A stretch of 37,943 bases of DNA from Nemertoderma westbladi (taxonomy: Eukaryota > Animalia > Xenacoelomorpha), in NCBI GenBank assembly GCA_032718475.1, contig JAUCBJ010005365.1, positions 1 through 37,943 of the forward strand, given 5' to 3'. The notes under the pieces were generated by a model, which made no database searches, was not told where the DNA came from, and saw nothing but the letters and a program-made list of their open reading frames with translations. The position numbers and the translations under genes were made by a program. Below, one piece after another: positions 10,138 through 21,300 of this stretch (positions are counted from its first letter, which is position 1; the number at the start of each line of letters is the position of its first letter).

Positions 10138-10704
10138 ATTGAGGGAATAATAAACACATTTCATTGGGTTCATTAAATGTAAAACCATAGTTAGGATGGG
10201 AAATGGGGTGAATTGAGAAGCGGGGAGTGCGCTGGAGAAAAGTGTATGTAATGAATGGGCTGCTGCATCAGAATGGGTATGCTAATTAATGTTAAACTAC
10301 AGTATCTGAACAAATATTTTAGGCATGGTATGCGTGAGGGGTTATGCATTACTTCAAACAAAAAACTACAGTAACTAGTATAGAGAAGGTTGGGGGTTAA
10401 TTTGACATATGGTTTTTTTGGGGGTATTGGCTTTGTCAATGAGCTAATACGCGCGCAGGCTGCTTCGCAACACAATGCGAAAGAATGCAATCTATTGCAA
10501 GACCAGATGTTTATTCTAATTTCTCTGGCGAATTGACAATGGTTTGCATGATAACAAAGCTGGAGTTTAAATAATTTAAAATGTGTGGCAGGCCCACGTT
10601 GACATAGAGTATAACTCAACATGGGATTCCGTGGGATGCTTAATCCTTCACGCATGCCATACCAAAAACTATGGTCCTGTTTGAAATGTTGAGGTGGACC
10701 TTTC

Positions 10705-10737
10705 TATATAAATAAAACCATGTAAAGTTAGATCATT
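10705..10737 (+). promoter_or_regulatory. TATA + Inr core promoter of the CHHC zinc-finger gene
   Basis: TATATAAATA at 10705-10714 and TCATT at 10733-10737 (~30-nt spacing), ~75 nt before the ATG at 10813. Confidence 0.5.
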
Positions 10738-10812
10738 ATCTCTAAAAAACATTAAGTGAAGTTTTTCAAAGTTTTTTAAAAGTAAATCTTAATAAATTTG
10801 TCTTTTGTTACT

Positions 10813-11136
10813 ATGGAGTACTTTATATGCCCGTATGATGCCACGCACCGGATTCATTCGGAGAAATACGTCAAACATCTAAGAAAATGCCGCAAGAACT
10901 TTTCCGACCAAAAAATGGTTCAGTGTCCCTTTGAAGTTGCGCACAGCTTTAGAGGAGCTGAAAAGGACCACCATCTACGATTTTGTGAATACCGGAACAG
11001 GAACTCAATTTTTGAGATATTAAAAGAAGAGAAAAAAGAGAAAAAAGTAGAGAAGAAGGAGAAGAAATTGAATGTTCGATGGCGTGGGGAGAAGAGGTGT
11101 GGGATTGATGTGATGATGCGATTCTCCGCACTCTAG
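10813..11136 (+). CDS. GTSF1: GTSF1/Asterix-like protein with two U11-48K-type CHHC zinc fingers (107 aa)
   Basis: CPYDATHRIHSEKYVKHLRKC and CPFEVAHSFRGAEKDHHLRFC, both C-x5-H-x9-H-x3-C, joined by an RKN linker as in GTSF1; intronless; first ATG at 10813. Confidence 0.85.
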   Translation: MEYFICPYDATHRIHSEKYVKHLRKCRKNFSDQKMVQCPFEVAHSFRGAEKDHHLRFCEYRNRNSIFEILKEEKKEKKVEKKEKKLNVRWRGEKRCGIDVMMRFSAL

Positions 11137-11254
11137 TATAAATTGTTATGTAATTATAATTGGATGTCCGGTGGTGTGGGGAGAAGAGGTGTGGGATTGA
11201 TGTGATGATGCGATTCTCTGCACTCTAGTATAAATTGTTGTGTAATTATAATTG
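11066..11254 (+). repeat. 92-bp tandem duplication of the 3' end of the GTSF1-like gene
   Basis: 11066-11157 versus 11158-11249, with a few substitutions. Confidence 0.9.
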
Positions 11255-11290
11255 GTGTATAAATTGTATGTACGGTGCAGCCATGTATAT

Positions 11291-14200
11291 TAGGCCGGAG
11301 CTTTCAAATATAAATTTTGGATCTCAGCACTGTACAAGCAGGATATATGGTTTTAAACTATGCCGATTCCAAATCTGATATCCGTTTCACCTGAAAATCT
11401 GACCAACCTATGCAGAATTGGAAAATAAAAAAATTAAAATTTTGCGAAAAATACAAATTTTTATTAAAATTTCATAGTAAACACCATGCACTATATCATA
11501 CTGATGACTATTAGAGTTTGTATAAAACAATAATTTATGCTCCATTTATTACTTAAAATACAGATTTGAAGTCTCTCTTTGTTTCAAACTTATGCATGAC
11601 TGAGCGCCCATGGAATGTCCCTAGTATGTCCCGATGGCGTTTTTTGTAACCAAATACTCTTCCAGAAACTTCAGTTACAACCTTTACTGTCCGTTCTACA
11701 CTTTGAGTATGGCAGGGGAAACGAGGAATATGAGGACAAGGAGGTGATGCCATTTGAGACCATTCCCTAAGTGTTTCAGTTGGTATATGCTTGGTTATAG
11801 GTGGCTCTGTTCGGTCCTCTCCTTGCCATGAAATAATATCCTCATATGATTTAGCTGAAAAATTGAGCTTGGGGACTTGGAATTGTCTCTGAGGAATCAA
11901 TCTGCTCCGTGCTCTCAAAATTCTCACAAAAGCAAGTCGCCGAATATAAACTCTCTCATCAGCTAGCATTGACAGGAGTAAGTTTTCAGAATGGCAAGAG
12001 AAAGCATTACGCTGCAGAGACTTCTTCAAAATCTTAAGTTCTTCTTCAGGCAGTTGCAATTGCAGGGTGAGGCTAACCAGAGTGAAGAAATTACGAGGTG
12101 CCTGAGTTATATGTGAGTTATTTTTTATTGTAAACCATGCAATTGCATAAACCCTGACAATGAAATTGGCTATCGATATGACATGTTAGGTTGGTGAATA
12201 TGTGCTTACATAAAGTCTCAGTATCCGGTTTGCAAATGTCACCCATTGTGAATGACTCAGTGTTCCAGGAGACGACTTAGCCAGTTCTGGATCAATAATG
12301 CCAGTGTTAACAGCTTTCACAATTTTGTATAAATATAGTTGGTCACTGCTGAGTTCCTTTTTATCGACATCAGGAAATTCATGAGAAAGTATAGGAACAA
12401 AAGCAACTATAGGTCTTAATTCACAATTAGATAGCTGCTTTCCTATGGTACCACTGAAAGACTTTGGACCTGTTGTTGCGCCTTCATCAACATGTACAAA
12501 ATACGCTCGCAGTGGAAGTTCAACAAGATGCAACTGGCAAATTATCCATTGTAAAGGACGTCCTAGTGAGATTTCCAGCCTCCTTATAATACCTGTATGA
12601 ATTCCAACGTTAACTGCAGTACCATCGGAACCAGCTCCAACAACCCTCTCTGCATCAAAGTAAGGCAGTATAAGATTGGTGATGGTAGCTGATTTCCCAT
12701 CAGCTGGTGTGATGTGGTCGAGGTACTGTGAGCATGGTTATTCAACTATAGATATATGTTCTTCAACTAAAATAGATTGTCTCTTGTTGATCATTGTTCG
12801 GGTTTTGTCCTTACAGCCATCAAAATAGATGGCTGTTAAGTTTGGATGTTTTGCAGCTGATATTTCCTCCATTACAAAGTTTTTGGCACGGCGAACCGAT
12901 CCACTACACCATCATTCTCATGTCCAAAATCAATCAATGTTGCAGAAGCTATTGCAGCAGCAGCTCTCTCAGAAACACCATACCGAATAGTTTGAAGATC
13001 TACATTGTGCAATTTGATTGTGCGATCACAATATGTTGAATGAGATACTGATGGGCATTCAAAGTCAACATCTTGACTTGTTTCGAGTTTTCTCCTCTTT
13101 ATGTCGATTTCATCATTAGTTTCAGAACTTTCTGATGCGGTATCATGGACTACAGTTGGATTGGAAATAGCAGATAATGCTGATGTTGAGGCCTGTCTCT
13201 GTAAAAAAATTTTAATTTTTTATTAATTGAATATATTTTTTATACATGTCAATAATTTATTATACTTTCGCTCCAACATACTACAAACTATTGTCTCAGA
13301 AACTTTCAAATAATAATTTATGAGGCTGACACACAATGCATCATTTCATTATGTATCATTAAAATTGTAAATATAAATGGGTTGACAAATATCTAAAGGC
13401 ATCATTTAGATGAAAATGAATTAAGTTATACAAACATGCTAAAAAGAAACATTAATATATAATTATTATTTTATATATGTTACCTCTATTTCAGAACACT
13501 CTACCAAAAATGTCTCAAAAATAATACAAAAAAGTATGGTTAAAATATTTTCCTTATCTCAGAATATATTTTTGAATAGTTTTTATAACAAAAATACCTA
13601 TTTTCAGAGATAAAATAAATATATTATATTGAGTACATACCCCCCCCCCCCCCCCCCACCCCTACCCCCACCCCCTCCCCCCAACTGGTATTCATAAGGA
13701 TGTTTAACGAACCTGTTCATAAGATTTGCGTTTTATTCGCTGGTTGATTAAACGTGATTCATTCACATCCACTTTGCCAATCTGTAATTGCTGTACTGTC
13801 CGCTGATCGATAAGAAAATCACGCTCGATTTTTGGGACCTTTATCTTGCAGTTACAAAGAAAAACGTTAATGCATCTACATGAACAAACATCAAACAAAG
13901 TTGACAGCATTGTCAGAAAGTCATCTCTCTTCAAATTTCCTCTTAAAATTTTAGCACCTGCTGCGATGTAATCCTTAGTAATTCGTCGTACTACACTGCT
14001 TTCAACAATAGTTGGAATGGATGCTTTTCTCCACACTTTGATAACATCAAGTGCTGTGTTTCTAATTGCTACAACTTTGGATTCATGGACATAATGATCC
14101 TCGTAGCACCTAACCACATCATGTCCAGTCGGTAAGACATTTCCAGGCAATGGTGATGGACTACCAAATAGAGGGTGACATGTTGAACGAGTATTCATTA

Positions 14201-14966
14201 TAAAACCTCATACAAATACTATTTATAATTGCATATAACTGAAATTAATATTACAGCAATGGGGTAGAAGGCCTATAATTAATATCAATCACAATAACAA
14301 TCCTAAATTAACGGAGTAATGAAGGTTTAGGACATCAACCTGATAAACTAGAAGATCAATATTAGATATTCTTAACTTAGGGTTTGGGCTCAATGGCACT
14401 CCAGTGTTTAAACAGCTAAAAGCTGTCTAAACATAAATATTTTAAATATTTTACCTAAATATTTTACTTATACCAGCAATACTGCACCAGTCTGCCAGTA
14501 CAATTTCCTGGTACCAGTACACAATTAGAATCCCTATTACAGTATTAATATTCCTTTAAAAATCAAATAATAGTAAAAATATCTCTGATGCCTAAATCTA
14601 CTCTGCATTTGAGTCCACACTTACACTTAATATTACCTACAGTATTTGCTTATTCCCAATACCGGTATTCAAATTACAATCAGGATAGACCTACAATTTT
14701 ATGTAGGCCTTCTGGTTGTTAGTAAATCACAAAATGTTTGTTTGATTCAGGTAATTTGAATTTCCCGGGCTTTTATATTACATTTTTGAATAAATTTCTG
14801 ATACCTAAAATTGGCAGAAAATGGAGGAATATCGCAAATTTAAATCATTTATTCTGCTATACTTACTTTAGATCTTATTCAAAATTATTACTGACATATC
14901 AAATGTGACATGTTGTGGCTACTTTTTGTGCTTGTACAAGAAAATTGGAATGAATACACCGGCCTA
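11291..14966 (-). mobile_element. hAT-superfamily (hATm-like) DNA transposon
   Basis: Termini TAGGCCGG (11291) and CCGGCCTA (14959-14966) enclose the transposase; the flanking 8-mers do not match. Confidence 0.65.
11553..14198 (-). pseudogene. hATm-like transposase, two exons (14198-13713, 13198-11553), with frameshifts and stops
   Basis: LFDVCSCRC..CNC..KVP..ERDFLIDQR, RYGVSERAAAAIASA, IYFDGCKDKT (Asp), GSDGTAVNVG (Asp), WIICQLHLVELPLR (CxxH), PCHTQSVER (Glu); phase-0 GT-AG intron at 13199-13712. Confidence 0.8.
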
Positions 14967-15053
14967 TTGTGGTGTATCAGAATGTTGGTTTCAAAATATG
15001 ATTTGAACATTCACATTGACAGAAAATATCCGATGAAATATTTTATGTTTACC

Positions 15054-15274
15054 TGTGTTTTAAATATGTAATGTAGTAGGACAATATGATAATGCTCACC
15101 ATATCAACCGACCCTATTGGGGCTCGAACCCGGTACCTAGGTTTCAAACTTCCGGTTATCATCAGGAAGTTTGAAACCTAGGTACCGGGTTCGAGCCCCA
15201 ATAGGGTCGCTTGATATTTTTCGCCATGGAGAGCATTATCATACTGTCCTACTACATTATATATTCAAAACACA
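15054..15274. repeat. ~220-bp palindrome (foldback) with tRNA T-arm/B-box-like arms
   Basis: Perfect 45-bp inverted repeat at 15109-15153 / 15165-15209 with an 11-nt loop and imperfect outer arms; each arm contains GGGTTCGAGCCC. Confidence 0.8.
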
Positions 15275-15298
15275 CAACGATTTACTTATTATTATTAC

Positions 15299-15394
15299 CT
15301 GTGTTTTATACTTCGGCAACTTGGGGTCCATCTTCTTGGAAACATGTTTCGCTAAATCGTCGAAAACATGAAAAGCGAATGTCCCAACCAGTTG
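15299..15394 (-). CDS. GLS: Glutaminase exon 10
   Basis: [32 protein letters not shown] followed by the donor CAG|gtaat. Confidence 0.9.
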
Positions 15395-18300
15395 CTGCAA
15401 TGTAAAAATAGAGGATTAATCAATATAAAGCAGGACAGATTGGTCAAAAGTAATTTACAGCAAAACTAGTCCCTAAAGATGACACTTAAAAGGGTTCTGC
15501 ATAACCATAATTTGAGGAGGAATGTTGTGGAACACTATCAAAATATTACCTTAAGTCATCGCAGAAACAATTAACTAATGCCATAAAAACTGCAGCCACT
15601 TATCCAACAAAAAGAAATAAAACCCTTGGTTCGATAATGAGTGCAAATCCAAGAAATCTGAAATTCAACACTCACATACCCGTCATACTCACATACATGT
15701 CCAGGAATATAGTGTCTTTATTACGGTACATTACGAAGAGTCGCAGAAAACTGATATAAATACTGTACAAAGTTAAATAGCCCACCACAAATTGTGAATT
15801 ACTTAATTATGTTTACCTGACAGAATTTTATTCCTCTGACACTGTTACCGAGCTGATCTAATGGCGGACTCCATATGACAATCCCACAGAGTTTCGGTAT
15901 AACCAGAATAATAGCACCAGAAACAGCAGATTTACCGGGTAAGCCAACCTAAAAGGAAAATATTATATAGCCAACTGACTTACTTACTGTTTAAACCAAT
16001 TGCCTTTATTTATTCACATATCTCGCCGGAGATCGTGGGTTCGATCCCTGCACGGGTCCATGGTAGTTTCGTTTTGGCACAAATCCTTTAAATTGATTAG
16101 CCAAGGCGCTGATCTGCCTTGCATCATTAAATGATAGCTAATTGAGTTTCATCTGGGGAGTAAAGTTCTGGGGGGACCGCACTGGAAATAAGTCGTCAGA
16201 CTTTGTGCGTAATCCCTGGCCTAGCGGCCAAAGAAAATTTACTTTTTATTTACTTCATAACATTTATAGTACAGAGATACAGGCGGGGTATGCATGGTGG
16301 GATTTAAAGAACGCTGTCTGGGCTGCAATAGCAATACTTCTGCCTATTACTGTACGTGTACAATTCCCCTCTCTGGTTAGGCTACAGCAACAACTCCCAG
16401 CAGCTAGCAGCTCCACACCAGCGCAGCAGAGACTATGTTGACCAATAATGGGCAGGATTAAATTTGTACTCAATAATTGTGTTTCTATCATCATCATTGA
16501 GTCTATGGCAATTTTCGTATGGGGCTATTTTTCGAAATAAAGAAAAAGACACTTTGATAATTTTTTTCGAAACTTTTATTTCCACATCCTGGGGTTGAGC
16601 TTCGTCTATTGATATAACTTTCATTGACGTACGAATTATAGCTTCGGAGGAGTTCACCTGATATACATAGATACATAATACTGTACTTTTACAGTAAGAA
16701 GTCCTAACGGTCTTCTAATTATTTATCTGTGAAAGATAATTTTAAATTTCGAGGAAATTAAATTATTTTACATGGAAGTCTACGTAATGTTGTTTAAATT
16801 AACTAAATTTGTCATTTTTTGCTAGGACACCGGCTTAAGGGGAGGGGGGGGGGGGGGGGGGGGTATACCCCACCTCAGGTAAAATTTTCAAATTGTTTCA
16901 AATTATTTCACCTAGAGCAGAATTTAATGAGGATTACAAATCTGAAAACCGCTTAGTGAGACCTCTTTCCGAGTTATCACCGTTTTTCCGTATGACGGTC
17001 TGTCCGTCAAATTATAAGAAATGCAGAAGACCGACAGACAGAAAGAATAGACTAGATTCCATCAAAATTAAAACTGACATCGGAAATGAAATCAGTGTCC
17101 CCGAAAACCCCAGTAATGAACATTTTAGCTCGTTGGTGTGCATCCTTCGTGCCAGAAATAATTAACCAACCAAAACACAGACAGCCAATTTTGGCGGGAC
17201 GGTTTAAACTTTGGAGGGCATTTTCTCGGAATGACATTTTTCATTTTCAATTTTCTACTCCTCTGTAATTTTTCAACCAATTTTATTCGTGTTTAGCTCA
17301 TTCAAACGAGCTTTGGAAGCTCTTTAAAAGTTATCTTATGGAATTTTGATAAATATTACCATTTTTTCTAATTAGCCAATTTTAATTAAAAATATGATAA
17401 TTAATTAATTAAATCGCATCCCTTATCTCGCTTTCCACACGAGATTTTGAAAAATCCGGGTTCTTTCCATTTGCCTTTATAATCAACGACTCAACTCACA
17501 ACTCGATAAGGGAAATTTTTTCCCTTGGTTTTCTTAATGTTGACGGACATACCGTTTCGAGTGCACCAATTATGTAGGGAATAATATTATCAGCAGCTAT
17601 TTAATTAACCGCTCCAAACAATGTAAAATCCAATCAGAAGCCTTCATTTCGTATGTAATTTATGTTAAATTAATTTCTTAAAATATGTAGTAATAAAATA
17701 AATATGAGTACCGGAATAATATTACTCATTCTAAGGGAATATTACTAATGTAGTACATCAATCATTGCGACTTTACATATTGAAACAGATATTAGAATAT
17801 TCATAAGTAAAATATACAAAAAATATTTAACAAAAGTAGTAACAATCCTGTAATATCATACAGTATATTATGATTTCAACATGCGGTTGGTCTAGTGATA
17901 TTACTGGGCTTCCGCAATCCGTTAAACCGATAAGTTTGGATAGATTTCGTAGAGGATTGGCCGAATTATTAATAATTAGCAACAAGGCTACAGAATGACA
18001 AATCCACAGATACACCGATTTAGTTAGTGGTATGCTAAAACCATATGCTAAGCTCGCTTAATTTTGTGGCTCGCCCCACATAATAATTTAATTTCGGTTA
18101 ATTTTAACCAACAATACCAAAGTACTGTATCTTTGACATTTAATATGAAAGTGTAAAGAATTAATGTCAGCAGTTAATTAATTAACTGCTCCAAACAAAA
18201 TTTACTACGCTATTATATCGATCGTACAACCGTAAACTGTAAACAGATAATCTAATGTAATAAACAAATAAAATAAGAATACCGAAAAAATATTCTCATT

Positions 18301-21300
18301 GTAAATGTTTATTACTTCTATTAATAGAACAATAAGTGTGATTTTACGTATCTAAATAAATATTAGAATATTCATAAGTAAAATATATAAAATATATATA
18401 AAAGATTAGGTGATATGTTATACCATTATATTAGATTAGAATTCAAATTCCCGTTCTTATCAACCTTTGTGAATCCTTATTCCTCCAGCGGTTAGAGCCC
18501 ATGGATTCCCATAGTTGAGTACTGGAACTTCTGCTGCCCTAAATATTCAGACCTTAAGTTTCCGATGAATTCTGTGTGACATCCAAATCCTGGAAAGCCC
18601 ATTTAATGCTGCCCATGCCTTTCCCTTACGTAATCGAAGCTTCTCTCTCACCTGACTTTGGGATACATGATCCCAGGTAACAGAAATCATCCACATGCCG
18701 CCCATGTGAAGAATACCAGGATTTCACTTTTCGGTCGACTTTTTATTGGAATTTTATATATGAAGATTTTTTATTTTTTTTTTAATGTATCTTTACTAAG
18801 TGTTTTATAGCGCTTATTTCTGTCTTATAACCTGTACATATACTAATTCGTTTATTGTTTTGGTTAGATTCAGCCCTTCTGTAACCTGTGGTTTTGGTGA
18901 AAACCTGGTATTATTTACATGGGGGTAACTGCAAAGTGAAATATAACGGCAGAAAGTCTGGAATTCTTCACATGGGCCCCACATGCAAGAGTATACCCAT
19001 ACCATCCTTTGAGCTTATGCTCATCCGATCAGAAATATACTGATGACTTTAAATTTTAACTGTCAACATTATGGCATTCTTGGAGTTTAAAAAAGACCAT
19101 CACTAGAAGCAGCCTGTTCTAATGAGCTAAGGAGCCCTTGTACTTCCTCAGCAAAGTCTAGAACAGTTAACCCTTTAGGTGATAATGGATCATCCATGTG
19201 TTCTATAAGCAATGGTCCGCTACTGCACTGTGTATTACACCATAATATGGCATAAATTTAGTATCGATATTCAATAATTTAATACTCGATTGATATTATT
19301 GATCGTTTTAAATGATTTTTGTATTGCTGAATTATTTCGATTGATATTATTGGTCATTTTAAATAAAGTTTTTCAACTTAAATATTTCGCTTGATATTAT
19401 TGATAGATTTAAATAATGTTTCAAAACTGCTTTATTTTGCTTAATATTATGGGTTGATTTAAAACATTTTGTCTGTTTGCGTCATATACATTTATATATG
19501 GGGTATGACCGTTAGGAGGCTCTACCTCTCCCTTTGTACATGGCCTCTCTAGGCTTACTTTATTCGGATATACTGCCGTTCATACTGATGCATGGCTTAC
19601 CGGTACACTGGTTAATTATTGGCAGTCTGATAGTCAGACATTATATATGTGATCATACGCTTCTGATAACCTATACCACATGTATTAATAACACGTTCGT
19701 GGGGCCATCGCGCAGGACGAGGCTCAGTTATCAGATACAGATTAAAATTGAGCGACTGTATCACAAAATCAGGTTTTGAAAAATTTACCCACACCACCAA
19801 TCAATCAAAGAAAGGGGGACAGTACGTGTTCACCCCTTTTAATCTGCACCCCCCCCCCCCCCCACCCTTCCCACCCACCAGTACTTTATAACTACCGATG
19901 CCTTCAATAGGCGAAGCCAGATATGGTTTATAGGAATATAATCAACGCAGTAGGCAGTACTCGGCTTCATTATTATAAACGTCGTTGTGCTCGTCCTTTT
20001 TGTATTTAAACATATTTCCTAAACGCAGACTGACGGACGATCTATATAACTACCGATGCTTCAATAGGCGAGGCCAGGTATGGTTTATAGGAATATAGTC
20101 TACGAAGTACTCGTCTTCATTATATGCCTCGTTACGCTCGTCGCTTGTCCTGTTTTGCATTAAAATATTTTTCCTAAATCAAGACTGACGATCTTTATAC
20201 AGTTATAACTATGCGAAGTTTCGAAAATTTGCGAGTAACTGCTGATACATCTATGTGGAGATGTGTGATATGTGGAGATGTGTGATACAACGCCAACGCA
20301 TCGTATGCCGATGTACGTAGTAATATGGGTATTGAAATACTATTAAATCAATGTACACTCTTAAAGCTGCAGCGAAAAAATGTAGATAATTTCCTAGGTT
20401 ACATATAAAATAATAATATTATTTTTAAGAACATTAATTTTACTACTTTGCAAAAATTCAATTAAAAACTAACCAGACAAATATATTGCGGAATAAACTA
20501 TTTCAGATATAAGCCTACAACAGTCATTATATCTTCTGTCACCTGAGATAGTAAGTAATACAACATTTATAGTATAGAGTCAATAGGAATTGAAATACAG
20601 GCAGTGTATGGTTGGAGTTATGTCTGGGTTGCTATAGCAATACTGGCTGCCTATTACAGTACAATTCGCCTCTGGTAAGGCTACACCAACATCTCCCAGC
20701 CAGCTAGCAGCTCTACACCCCCGCAGAGACTATGTTGACCAATAATGGGCAGGATTAAATTTGTACTCAATAATTGTGCCGCTTTAATTACGTTTAGATC
20801 AATTAAAGACACATTTATTAAAACAAATCACTTGAACTAATTAAAAACTATAATAGAATGGGGTATGTGGATTACATCTGTATAATTTATAAGTATAATT
20901 ATATAAATCTTATACGGTAAAATAATTAATTTCCTTTAACAGGTAGGTTGAAAATGCAGTTTTTACCGTAATCAACTTAATTAACTAATTAATTGCTATT
21001 ATCTTAGCTTCTCGAAGGCCACACGGAAATTCAACTTGGAAAATTTCTAAACTTTTGCCAGACTACATGTGTACCAAATTTGGTTAAATTTCATTAACAT
21101 TTGGCTGAGTTATTAACGTTTAAATTTGGACACAACAGAACGACAGAACAACAGATCGACAGATCGACAGAGCAACAGACACACCGATTGAGTTAGTGGT
21201 ACCTGTATGCTAAGCTCGCTTACTTTCGTCGCTCGCCCCACACACAGACTCACCCGCGGTCTAGATCAACCATGGCGCAGTAATAGGTACGACCTAAACC

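Larger units (their letters stand above)
2703..11290 (+). mobile_element. Endogenous Maverick/Polinton (adintovirus-like) DNA virus, partial and decaying
   Basis: Compact, intronless, co-oriented cassette of integrase, penton, penton, core protein, major capsid and adenain. pPolB, packaging ATPase and TIRs are not seen in the window; the right boundary is uncertain. Confidence 0.88.

Noticed and set aside
10191-10655. 154-aa minus-strand ORF between the accessory genes
   Set aside because: No recognisable motif and atypical composition; it cannot be supported as a gene, though it is not excluded.
10798-10812. TTG start given by the ORF track for the zinc-finger gene
   Set aside because: In a eukaryotic context the ATG at 10813 (ACTATGG, good Kozak context) is the plausible start.
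15048-15062. Second copy of the exon 10 donor context (TAAAACACAG|GTAA)
   Set aside because: A 14-bp AT-rich match at the palindrome edge with no open glutaminase frame leading to it; probably chance.
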